A stretch of 64,000 nt of DNA, from the NCBI GenBank assembly GCA_017620205.1, contig JAFZQX010000037.1, forward strand, positions 31,681-95,680, read 5' to 3'. The notes under the pieces were generated by a model. It had not been told where the DNA came from. It saw only the letters and a list, made by a program, of their open reading frames with translations, and searched no databases. Made by a program: the position numbers and the translations under genes. Of the stretch, positions 7,943-15,758 are shown in pieces (within the stretch, counting starts at the first letter, position 1; each line of letters starts with the position of its first letter). This stretch comes from Clostridia bacterium (lineage in GTDB: Bacteria; Bacillota; Clostridia; UMGS1883; UMGS1540).

Positions 7943-10900
7943 TTATTTATTTAAAAGATTAAAGAAACGCATGAGTAGTGTTGCAGCCTGTGCGCGCGTA
8001 AGTGTTGTTTTGGGTGAGATGAGAGTATCGGTCATACCCGTAATAATGCCTTCGCCAACGGCCCATTTTATGCCGTCTTCCGCCCAGCTGCTTATGTCGT
8101 TTTTATCTTCAAAATCACTTAAATCAGCGTAGTTTTCCTCAAAGCAATCTTTGAATTTTGCATAGCGCGAAAGAATAAGTGCCGTCTGCTCGCGCGTTAC
8201 TTTTTCACCCGGTGCAAATTCCGTGTCGCTTATGCCGAGGATTATGCCGTTTGCTTCGCCCCATGCGACGGAGTCAAAATACCAATCGTCTGCGGAAACG
8301 TCGCTGAATTTGCAATCCGTTGCCTTTTCATATTTTCCGTCAAGACGGTATAAAACGGTAACGAGCATAGCGCGCGTCATTTCGGTATCGGGCTCAAAGT
8401 TGTCGCCCGTGCCTATCATAAGACCGTGCTCATAGCAGTATACTACAGCGTCATGGAACCAGTCGCCTTTTGATACGTCATCATAAATCTTATATACGGC
8501 AGCCGTAGCGTCGGGGCCTTTTTCCCACTTTGCATACAGAGTTATATTATTTACGATCGGCTCGTTTATGTCAAATTCTTTTGTAAACTCTTTGTCGGTA
8601 AACCAGCCTTCAAATGTATACCCCTTGCGTTCGGGGTCTGCAACGAAAGACATTTTGCCGCCTTTGTCAACCTCCAGAACGGGATATTTTTCGCCGCCGT
8701 TTGTTTCAAACGTTACTTTGCACGTGTTTGAAAGTGTTGTTCCGCCGGACGAAGATGACCTTTTCCAGGCTTCGGAGCCCGCCTCTTCGGAATAGTCGTC
8801 CGTATAGAACCATGTTACCGTGCAGTTTTTGGAAAGAGAAGTATCGCGGCAGCTCTTTGTACCGGCCTTGCCGTCAACCTGGAAGAGCCAGCCTGAATTC
8901 GGACCGTGATCAAATTCAGCGTCGTTGCCGATAGATGATATATATCCGTATGTTTTTTCTATATAGTCTATATTGTTTTCCGTTAAAATAAGATGAAGCG
9001 CGTCAAATACAGTCTGACCTTTGGAAAGAGTAACGGTTCCGCTTGCGAGAGAGGTATATTCGGAAGCGTTTTTCTTATATGTGTAAGCGCCTCCGCATTT
9101 GGATTTGTCATGAGTTAAAACTTTAATTTTAACGCTTATATCGCTGCTGGAATCTGATGAAGACTTGCTGCTCGGGAGCGATACGTTAACTGTTTTCGCT
9201 GTATGGTTTGTTTCTTCTTCATCTGTTACCGTAACAGTACCTTCTGCCGTTTTGTAGCCGCTTTTTTCTGCGGTGTAGTTATATGTGCCCGCGGGCAAAT
9301 CGTATTTGCCCTTTGAAACGGCTTCCTGTCCTTCAATAGTTAGTTTTGCGCTGTCAGGAATTAAATTAAATGTAACGGGACATCTCTCGGCCCATGAAGC
9401 CTGAGCCGTGTTTTTGGGGTTATCCGAAAAATCATAGATGTTTGAGCCTAAAAGCTCGTTTGCAACAAGACCGCGGAAGCCCTGCTCCGTGCCGAAGCTG
9501 TTATTAGTCGGCGTAAATCCGTCAAGCGTATCGGAAGCATAATTTACGAGACCGTCCAAAACGCTGTTGTTGTCTGTTTTAAGCTCCGCGCCGTCAATGC
9601 CGTAAGCTGCGAGAGCCGTAAGTGCAAGGCCTGTTGAGGAAGCGTTTCCGAAAGAGCCGTCCGCTGCCTGCGCGCCGCGAAGCTGTTCTATCGTTTCATC
9701 AACTGCTGCTTTTACGTCTTCGTTTTCGTTATAAAACGGTGACAGGGCGAGGAGCATAGCAGCCGCCGTATCAACGCCCCATGTGTTATCCTGCCAAGCT
9801 TTTTTTTGTTCTACGGCGGAGTTTATAAGGTAGTCCGTGCCGCTTTTATCTAAGTAATCCTCATCCTCGTTCATAGCCAAAATAACGTAGGGGAGAGTAT
9901 ATATATTTGTGACCGCGGCGTTTTCTTCGTCAATCAGAGCCTGAAGCTTTTTAACTAAGTTTACTGTGCGGAAATCAGATGTTTTTATGTTTTCGGGGTC
10001 AAAACCCAAGGCGCGGAGCGCGATTATATATTTTGCAATGTCGCCCGCTTTTGTTGCTTCGTCCGCCGCGGGTATCAGTTTATCGAGATATTCCTGTACC
10101 TGTTCATCGGACAAAACGTTTTCCGTGTCGGGGAAGGCTTTTTTGTATGCCGCCAAATCTGCCGCGAGCCAGGGCGCGTTCATATCGTCCGCTATACCGC
10201 TTTCGGCGTATTTTGCGGCAATGTTATGCATAATTTCAAGCGCTGACGGAGCTTCTGTTACGGTTACTTCACAGCTGTCCGAAAAACCGCCGTCGTTTGT
10301 TTTGGCAGTTATTGTAGCCGTGCCCGCTTTAACGCCCGTTACAACGCCGCCTGATGAAACGCTTGCCGTTTCATCGTCTGACGATTCCCATGTAACGCTC
10401 TTGTCGGCGGCGTCTGCAGGTGCTATTTCGTAGCCTATAGCTTTGCTTTCGTTTACATAAACGGATAATTCGCTGTCAAGAGTTATACCTGTAACCGCTA
10501 TGGGCGTGCCGACAGATACGGTGCACGAAGCGGGAACTATGGGAGCGTTTGCGTTTTTGGCAACAACCGTGTATGTGCCCTCTTCGGGGAAAGTAAGCGT
10601 AGCTTTGCCTTCTGCATCTGTTACGGCTTCAATACCGTCCAGTTCCAAAACACTGACTGCGGCGCCTTCGCATGGAACAAAAGCGACACCGTTATCTGAG
10701 GTCCAAATCGCTTTTGAAAGCGTAAATTCCGTCTCCGTGGCTGCAGGTGTTGAATATTCGTCATATTCAAATTTAGTATAAGTGTCAGCCCAGGAAGCGG
10801 TGTCTTTATATACAAAAGCATATATAAAGTCGCCGGCTGTCACTTTATCGGTAAGAGACCATGCTGAGGTGTGATTCTGATAATACCCGTAAGCGTAGCT

Positions 10901-11962
10901 TGTATCGCCCCAAAGCTTTGATAATGATAATCCGTAACCGTTGTCGGCCGTTTCATATCCGTGAGCGTCATCTGCGTAGGTGTCGTGCGCAGCGGAGAGC
11001 ACATCGTCTATTGTATATTCGCGCTTGCCCGATACAGTTACGGGCAGACGGTTAAAGCTTTTGCCGTCTTTTGCCGTAACAAAATCTGCGTTTTGGCTTA
11101 TTGTTACATACGCCGTCATAACGTTTCCGATATTAACCGGAGTGGGGTTCATTATGCAAACGGAAATGTAATCTTCCCCGTTTGCCATTACCGTAAGATA
11201 ATATATACCGGGCTCCATATCATCGGGTATCGGGATAGCAGCTTCTCCGTCCTCGTCCGTATAAACGTCCTCTATTTCGGTTAAACCGCCGTCCTCGCTT
11301 ACCCATGCAAATACTGCGTCTTCTATTTCTTCGCCGGATTCTTTAAATTCTTCCGGTGTTTTATACAAATAGCCGCCCATTACCATAGAGCCTGTAACGG
11401 TTACTTCCAAGTCCTCTCCGGGGAAAGCGGAAAGGTCTCCGTCTATCCATGTGTAAGTGTCGGCCCAGTATGAATCTTCATAAAAGAAGAAGTCAACCTT
11501 ATCGCCTGAAACGAGTTTATGCGTTGTATAAGTAGTGCCGTTGTAGCCGCTGCCGTAAGGGCTTGCGGTACCGTCATTGGGATAGCCTTCGTTTACAAGA
11601 AAACCGCCGTAGTAAGTGCTTGACGATATGCCGAATACTTTTGTTGCGCTGCCGTTTGAAACTTCAAGATAATCGCTTACTGTGTCTTTTGTAAAGTCAT
11701 TACCGTAAATAATCTCGTGCTCTTTTATAAGCGCGTCAAGAACGGAAACGCCGTTAACTTCGTCCGCAAAGCCGTATTTTTCGGATAAATCACTTGATAC
11801 CTCTAATGTCTGAGGAGGCGCCAGAAAGCCGCCACTGAGCTGTGCAACAGTATAAACATCTGCGGTAACGGCTTTAGCAGGTTCCGCAAAAACGTTTATA
11901 CTGCACATGCCTAACATCATAGTAAGTGCAAGTACCAGTGATAGTAGTTTCCTTGTTTTCAT
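7943..11962 (-). CDS. 1339-aa S-layer-anchored multidomain surface protein: DUF4430-like modules, Big_2, alpha/alpha toroid, PEGA-like domain, DUF4430, Flg_new repeat and SLH x3
   Basis: I set the start at MKTRKLLSLVLALTMMLGMCSINVFA (ATG 11962, RBS aaggaag). The track's 56-codon extension would overlap the riboswitch platform. Motifs: Big_2 (VTWESSDDETASVSSGGVVTGVKAGTATITA), toroid (ADGSFGNASSTGLALTALAAYG), DUF4430 (GPNSGWLFQVDGKAG...TVTWFYTDDY), Flg_new (YTFEGWFTDKEF...ITLYAKW), and three SLH repeats at the C-terminus. Confidence 0.8.
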   Translation of the reverse strand: MKTRKLLSLVLALTMMLGMCSINVFAEPAKAVTADVYTVAQLSGGFLAPPQTLEVSSDLSEKYGFADEVNGVSVLDALIKEHEIIYGNDFTKDTVSDYLEVSNGSATKVFGISSSTYYGGFLVNEGYPNDGTASPYGSGYNGTTYTTHKLVSGDKVDFFFYEDSYWADTYTWIDGDLSAFPGEDLEVTVTGSMVMGGYLYKTPEEFKESGEEIEDAVFAWVSEDGGLTEIEDVYTDEDGEAAIPIPDDMEPGIYYLTVMANGEDYISVCIMNPTPVNIGNVMTAYVTISQNADFVTAKDGKSFNRLPVTVSGKREYTIDDVLSAAHDTYADDAHGYETADNGYGLSLSKLWGDTSYAYGYYQNHTSAWSLTDKVTAGDFIYAFVYKDTASWADTYTKFEYDEYSTPAATETEFTLSKAIWTSDNGVAFVPCEGAAVSVLELDGIEAVTDAEGKATLTFPEEGTYTVVAKNANAPIVPASCTVSVGTPIAVTGITLDSELSVYVNESKAIGYEIAPADAADKSVTWESSDDETASVSSGGVVTGVKAGTATITAKTNDGGFSDSCEVTVTEAPSALEIMHNIAAKYAESGIADDMNAPWLAADLAAYKKAFPDTENVLSDEQVQEYLDKLIPAADEATKAGDIAKYIIALRALGFDPENIKTSDFRTVNLVKKLQALIDEENAAVTNIYTLPYVILAMNEDEDYLDKSGTDYLINSAVEQKKAWQDNTWGVDTAAAMLLALSPFYNENEDVKAAVDETIEQLRGAQAADGSFGNASSTGLALTALAAYGIDGAELKTDNNSVLDGLVNYASDTLDGFTPTNNSFGTEQGFRGLVANELLGSNIYDFSDNPKNTAQASWAERCPVTFNLIPDSAKLTIEGQEAVSKGKYDLPAGTYNYTAEKSGYKTAEGTVTVTDEEETNHTAKTVNVSLPSSKSSSDSSSDISVKIKVLTHDKSKCGGAYTYKKNASEYTSLASGTVTLSKGQTVFDALHLILTENNIDYIEKTYGYISSIGNDAEFDHGPNSGWLFQVDGKAGTKSCRDTSLSKNCTVTWFYTDDYSEEAGSEAWKRSSSSGGTTLSNTCKVTFETNGGEKYPVLEVDKGGKMSFVADPERKGYTFEGWFTDKEFTKEFDINEPIVNNITLYAKWEKGPDATAAVYKIYDDVSKGDWFHDAVVYCYEHGLMIGTGDNFEPDTEMTRAMLVTVLYRLDGKYEKATDCKFSDVSADDWYFDSVAWGEANGIILGISDTEFAPGEKVTREQTALILSRYAKFKDCFEENYADLSDFEDKNDISSWAEDGIKWAVGEGIITGMTDTLISPKTTLTRAQAATLLMRFFNLLNK

Positions 11963-11987
11963 TTGTATTACTTCCTTTCTTTGCGCA

Positions 11988-12018
11988 TAAAAAAATGCAC
12001 TGATTAAAATCAATGCAG
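11988..12018 (-). terminator. Intrinsic terminator in the riboswitch expression platform
   Basis: The minus strand reads ctgcattgatt-tta-atcagtgca followed by T7. It lies between the riboswitch aptamer and the RBS/ATG at 11962. Confidence 0.65.
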
Positions 12019-12127
12019 CGGAGTTTTCCTGCAAAATACGCAATTTAAATGCAACACAAATAAGCATACCCAAAAGATATACTTCCTTTAAATCTGCTAT
12101 TCCTGTGTAAAAACACGTACGGAATAA

Positions 12128-12318
12128 CATCAGAGCAGGTCTTTTGGCTCGTGCCTTTAACCGTTTTACACCATGCCTTCTCAGTTTCCCAATGACCGGC
12201 TTTCACCGACGGCGTAAAACACAGAAACACATACAGCGACCGTTATCGCAGAGGATTCGCACCTCTTTCCCTTTTCACCCCATGCGCCTGAGCCGTGCTC
12301 TTTACGGCGCATAAGACA
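12128..12318 (-). promoter_or_regulatory. Cobalamin (B12) riboswitch
   Basis: The minus strand contains GGTGAAAAGGGAAAGAGGTGCGAATCCTCTGCGATAACGG ... GTCATTGGGAA ... GAGCCAAAAGACCTGCTC. These match the conserved GGGAA / GGTGCGAATCC core and a B12-box-like element (consensus AGCCAGGAGACCTGCC). Boundaries are approximate. Confidence 0.8.
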
Positions 12319-12348
12319 CTCTGTGCGTATATTTTTATATTTAATTTA

Positions 12349-12377
12349 ATTATAACAATATTTGCTTTTTCAGTCAA
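12349..12377 (-). promoter_or_regulatory. Sigma-A-type promoter for the riboswitch operon
   Basis: The minus strand reads TTGACT, a 17-nt spacer, then TATAAT, just upstream of the riboswitch. Confidence 0.6.
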
Positions 12378-12460
12378 TAGCAAAAAGCAAACTATTGTAA
12401 AAGCTTGACAATTTAATAAAATATGATAAAATTATAAGAAAAAACTTATGGTAAGAATTT

Positions 12461-13120
12461 ATGTTTAAAGACAGTTTTTTAAATAAAACGGGGAATCATC
12501 CCGCAACGCAAAGGTTTATTACGGATATTAATTTCAGGGCGATCCTGTCTGCAATCTGGTCAACCGCCATAAATTTAGGCTTTACTGTTTATAACGGATA
12601 TCTCGGCTTTAAAAACGGTTCGGTATGGTTTATAACAATGTGTGTTTACTATGCCGCGCTGTTTATCATGCGCTGTTTTGTTGTTGTGCAAAGCAGAAGC
12701 CGCAACAGAAAAAACGATGCGGTAATAATGCGTGTTGACGGGATTTTGCTCGTCGTTTTGATGATAGCGCTGACGGGTATTATTTCGCTTTCTATAAATT
12801 TCAATATCGTAAGAACGCACGGAAAAGTCGCTATGATTGTCCTTATGATTTATACGGTTTTCAAAATAACCATAGCGCTTACAAACTTTGTAAGGATAAA
12901 ACACTTGTCATCGCCTATTATAAGAACGGTTTACAGCATCTGTTTTGCGGACGCGCTCGTGGCTCTTATATCCATGATGCTCAGTATTTTTGCGGTTTTG
13001 GGAATTCTGGAAAAGGGCCGTGCGTTTGTTGTTTTCGCGGGAGCGATTGTGTGTATGATTATAGCAATGCTCGCGGCAACTATGGTATTTCATTCAAATA
13101 AGCGCGGCGATTTGCAGTAA
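12461..13120 (+). CDS. Polytopic membrane protein, function unknown
   Basis: This 219-aa ORF has about 6 hydrophobic helices. A possible TTGACA promoter with an extended -10 lies at 12405-12432. I recognised no family. Confidence 0.6.
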   Translation: MFKDSFLNKTGNHPATQRFITDINFRAILSAIWSTAINLGFTVYNGYLGFKNGSVWFITMCVYYAALFIMRCFVVVQSRSRNRKNDAVIMRVDGILLVVLMIALTGIISLSINFNIVRTHGKVAMIVLMIYTVFKITIALTNFVRIKHLSSPIIRTVYSICFADALVALISMMLSIFAVLGILEKGRAFVVFAGAIVCMIIAMLAATMVFHSNKRGDLQ

Positions 13121-13140
13121 CATACGAAAGGAATAATAAA

Positions 13141-13869
13141 ATGAAACTGATATTTATACGTCACGGAGATCCCGATTACGTAAACGATACGATAACCGAG
13201 AGAGGAAAAATTGAGGTTGAGGCTTTGACAGAGAGGGTTTTAAAATGGGATGTAGACGAAATATTCCTGTCACCGCTGGGCCGTGCGCAGGACACCGCAA
13301 AGCCATATCTCGAAAAAAGCGGCAGACATGCCGAGACGCTTCCGTGGCTGCGTGAATTTAACGGTCACGCGATAAGACCTCATACCGGCAAACAGGCGCT
13401 CCCCTGGGACTTTATGCCGGACTTCTGGACAAACGTCCCTGAGCTGTACGATAAAGATTTTTGGTACAAAGCGCCCGTTATGCAAACGGGAGATGTTGAG
13501 GAGCAGGCTGAATGGGTTTACGAAGAGTTTGATAAGCTTTTGGCGCAGCGCGGGTATATAAGAGACGGAAGAGTATATAAAACGGAAAAGGGGAATAATA
13601 AAACCCTGGTTTTCTTCTGCCATCTCGGCGTTCAGCTTTTAATACTTTCACATCTGTTCGGAATATCGGCACCGTGCCTTTGGCAAAACTTTTTTGTAGC
13701 GCCTACGTCCGTAACAGTAGTTGAAACGCAGGAGAGGGAAGAAGGCAGAGCGTGTTTCAGATGCCAGAAGCTCGGCGATACCGCACACCTTGAAGCCGCC
13801 GGAATAAAGCCTTCAAGATCGGGCTTTTTTGAAGAGGTATACGGAGAAGAAAAATTTGATATATTTTAA
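13141..13869 (+). CDS. Histidine phosphatase family protein (phosphoglycerate-mutase-like)
   Basis: The N-terminal MKLIFIRHGD matches the RHG catalytic motif, and the ~240-aa size is typical. Confidence 0.75.
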   Translation: MKLIFIRHGDPDYVNDTITERGKIEVEALTERVLKWDVDEIFLSPLGRAQDTAKPYLEKSGRHAETLPWLREFNGHAIRPHTGKQALPWDFMPDFWTNVPELYDKDFWYKAPVMQTGDVEEQAEWVYEEFDKLLAQRGYIRDGRVYKTEKGNNKTLVFFCHLGVQLLILSHLFGISAPCLWQNFFVAPTSVTVVETQEREEGRACFRCQKLGDTAHLEAAGIKPSRSGFFEEVYGEEKFDIF

Positions 13870-13878
13870 AAATAACTG

Positions 13879-13907
13879 TTTACAAACATATAAAAAAAGA
13901 GTATAAT
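13879..13907 (+). promoter_or_regulatory. Sigma-A-type promoter for the mgtE leader
   Basis: TTTACA, a 17-nt spacer, then TATAAT (13902-13907). Confidence 0.5.
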
Positions 13908-14048
13908 ATTATTATATTTTAAAAAAGGAAGTGAATTTGCATGGACGCTCATCCCGGGCGAAGTATTAAAAAAATCAATACTATATTTGGGCGGTCATGG
14001 GAAATTTCCGTTTATACGTTTTTTGTGCGCTGATTTTTTTGCACACAG

Positions 14049-14080
14049 AGACCGCCTTTTAAGAAGGAGGTCTTTTTTTT
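14049..14080 (+). terminator. Leader attenuator/terminator that sequesters the mgtE RBS
   Basis: The stem agaccgcc / ggaggtct (one mismatch) includes the AAGGAGG RBS and is followed by T8 running into the TTG start. Upstream gggcggtc (about 13990) can pair with gaccgcc as an alternative antiterminator. Confidence 0.55.
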
Positions 14081-15413
14081 GTATGAAAAAATAAAAGAAA
14101 TGCTTGAAAACCGCAAGTTTTTAAGCATAAGACAGCAGCTTTGCGATATGAACATGGTCGACGTTGCAACGCTGCTCGAAGAATTTGACGAAGATGACGC
14201 TTTGCGCGTTTTCAGACTCCTGCCTAAAGAAGAAGCTTCGGAAGTATTCAGTTACATGCCGAAAGACAAACAGCAAAGCATTGTTGAAGCTATAACCGAC
14301 CGTGAGCTTTCAGGCATTATTGACGAGCTTTTCCTCGATGATACTGTCGACCTTATCGAAGAAATGCCCGCGAATGTCGTTAAAAGGCTTTTGAAAAACA
14401 CAAGCCAGGAAAAAAGAAAGCTTATAAACCGTTTCCTGCAGTATGAGGAAGACTCCGCGGGAAGCATTATGACAATAGAGTTTGTGGACCTAAAAAAGGA
14501 AATGACGGTTCCCGAAGCTTTCGCGCATATCAGGAAAACGGGCGTTGACAAAGAAACAATTTACACGTGTTACGCAACAGACGCGAACCGTGTGCTTGAG
14601 GGCGTTGTAACGGTTAAGGATCTGCTTTTGGCTGAGGAAGGTCAGAAAGTTGGCGATATTATGGATACAAACATAATATTTGCCTATACCGACGATGATA
14701 AAGAAGACGTTGCCAAAAAGTTTCACAGATATGACCTTATGTCGCTTCCCGTTGTTGACAAAGAACGCAGACTTGTCGGAATTATAACGTTTGACGATGC
14801 TATTGACGTTATCCAGGAAGAGAACACGGAAGACTTTGAAAAGATGGCTGCTATCACGCCGTCCGATGAGCCGTATCTTAAAACAAGGGTAATAGATCAC
14901 GCAAAGCACCGCGTGCTGTGGCTTTTATTGCTCATGGTTTCCGCAACGTTTACAGGCGCTATTATTACGGGCTTTGAGAATGCGTTTACAGTTGTGCCCG
15001 CGCTTGTTGCGTTTATTCCGATGCTAATGGACACGGGCGGCAACTGCGGCAGCCAGTCGTCAACGCTTATTATCCGTGGTATGGCTTTGGGGCAGATCAG
15101 AGGCAGAGACGTTTTTAAAGTATGGTGGCATGAAGTTTCCGTTGCCGTAATAATAGGCGCGGTGCTCGCGGCTTTTAATATCGCGAGAATATATCTGTTT
15201 AACGGTCATAATATAAAGCTTGCCTGCACCGTATCGTTCAGCCTTTACGCAACAGTAATTATCGCACAGTCGATAGGCTGTCTGCTGCCGATAGGCGCGA
15301 AAAAGCTCGGACTTGACCCGGCCGTTGCGGCGGCGCCTATAATTACTACGATAGTAGACGCTTTTGCTTTGACCGTATATTTTTCAATAGCAAAGATGGT
15401 TATAGGAATTTAA
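14079..15413 (+). CDS. mgtE: Magnesium transporter MgtE
   Basis: It has an N-terminal MgtE_N-like acidic domain, CBS-pair region and C-terminal TM domain with MDTGGNCGSQSS. The start is TTG, 9 nt after AAGGAGG. Confidence 0.9.
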   Translation: MYEKIKEMLENRKFLSIRQQLCDMNMVDVATLLEEFDEDDALRVFRLLPKEEASEVFSYMPKDKQQSIVEAITDRELSGIIDELFLDDTVDLIEEMPANVVKRLLKNTSQEKRKLINRFLQYEEDSAGSIMTIEFVDLKKEMTVPEAFAHIRKTGVDKETIYTCYATDANRVLEGVVTVKDLLLAEEGQKVGDIMDTNIIFAYTDDDKEDVAKKFHRYDLMSLPVVDKERRLVGIITFDDAIDVIQEENTEDFEKMAAITPSDEPYLKTRVIDHAKHRVLWLLLLMVSATFTGAIITGFENAFTVVPALVAFIPMLMDTGGNCGSQSSTLIIRGMALGQIRGRDVFKVWWHEVSVAVIIGAVLAAFNIARIYLFNGHNIKLACTVSFSLYATVIIAQSIGCLLPIGAKKLGLDPAVAAAPIITTIVDAFALTVYFSIAKMVIGI

Positions 15414-15419
15414 AAAAAT

Positions 15420-15443
15420 GCGGATGTGATTTTCACATCCGCG
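15420..15443. terminator. Terminator hairpin, copy 1. The T-tract is present only on the minus-strand side.
   Basis: gcggatgtga-ttt-tcacatccgc is preceded by A7 on the plus strand. It is identical to the copy at 15688-15711. Confidence 0.7.
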
Positions 15444-15687
15444 TCAGACCGCTGACAAACTCGTTCTACCGCAAGGGAACGTATTTTGTCAGTGATTAAA
15501 AAGAATATGCACAGTCTTTTTATTCTTAAAATCCAGCCCCAAGAGATTATCGAAATCCCTTGGGGCTACTTGCTTTCCGCGAATTCAAACTCTACCGTAC
15601 CCACGTACGCCGACGAATTTGAATTCGCGAAATATACCGTCGTTTCTCAGCGTCCTAACAGATTGATGACTTTGTCATCAATCTGAC
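15444..15687. mobile_element. 244-bp non-coding, palindrome-rich insertion (MITE/PATE-like), flanked by a duplicated 24-bp terminator hairpin
   Basis: The ends are imperfect inverted repeats: tcagaccgctgacaaa and tttgtcatcaatctga. The interior holds five consecutive hairpins with 7-12 bp stems and no mismatches, for example cgcgaattcaaa...tttgaattcgcg and cagattgatgac-ttt-gtcatcaatctg. There is no credible ORF. Confidence 0.5.
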
Positions 15688-15711
15688 GCGGATGTGATTT
15701 TCACATCCGCG
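15688..15711. terminator. Terminator hairpin, copy 2. The T-tract is present only on the plus-strand side.
   Basis: This is the same 24-bp sequence as 15420-15443, followed by ttttt. Confidence 0.7.
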
Positions 15712-15758
15712 TTTTTACATTAATTATTCATTTTTCAGTATTCATTATTAATTAAATC

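Noticed and set aside
11963-12230. The track's N-terminal extension of the 1395-aa ORF, and the 61-aa ORF at 12045-12230
   Set aside because: Both overlap the riboswitch aptamer or terminator. A signal-peptide Met with an RBS sits at 11962. The extension sequence has no signal or TM logic.
13141-13869. Histidine phosphatase as the CobC (alpha-ribazole phosphatase) partner of the adjacent B12 operon
   Set aside because: Only the generic RHG motif is visible. The gene is divergently transcribed from its own promoter region and not behind the riboswitch, and the family is very broad. The link is unsupported.
13900-14078. M-box (ykoK) Mg2+ riboswitch upstream of mgtE
   Set aside because: I expected one from context, but I could not find the conserved core segments by eye. 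I report it instead as an unclassified attenuator, and it needs a covariance-model check.
15486-15686. 66-aa ORF inside the palindromic insertion
   Set aside because: It has a TTG start without an RBS, its sequence is dictated by the hairpin arms, and its frame spans exactly the element. It is most likely non-coding.
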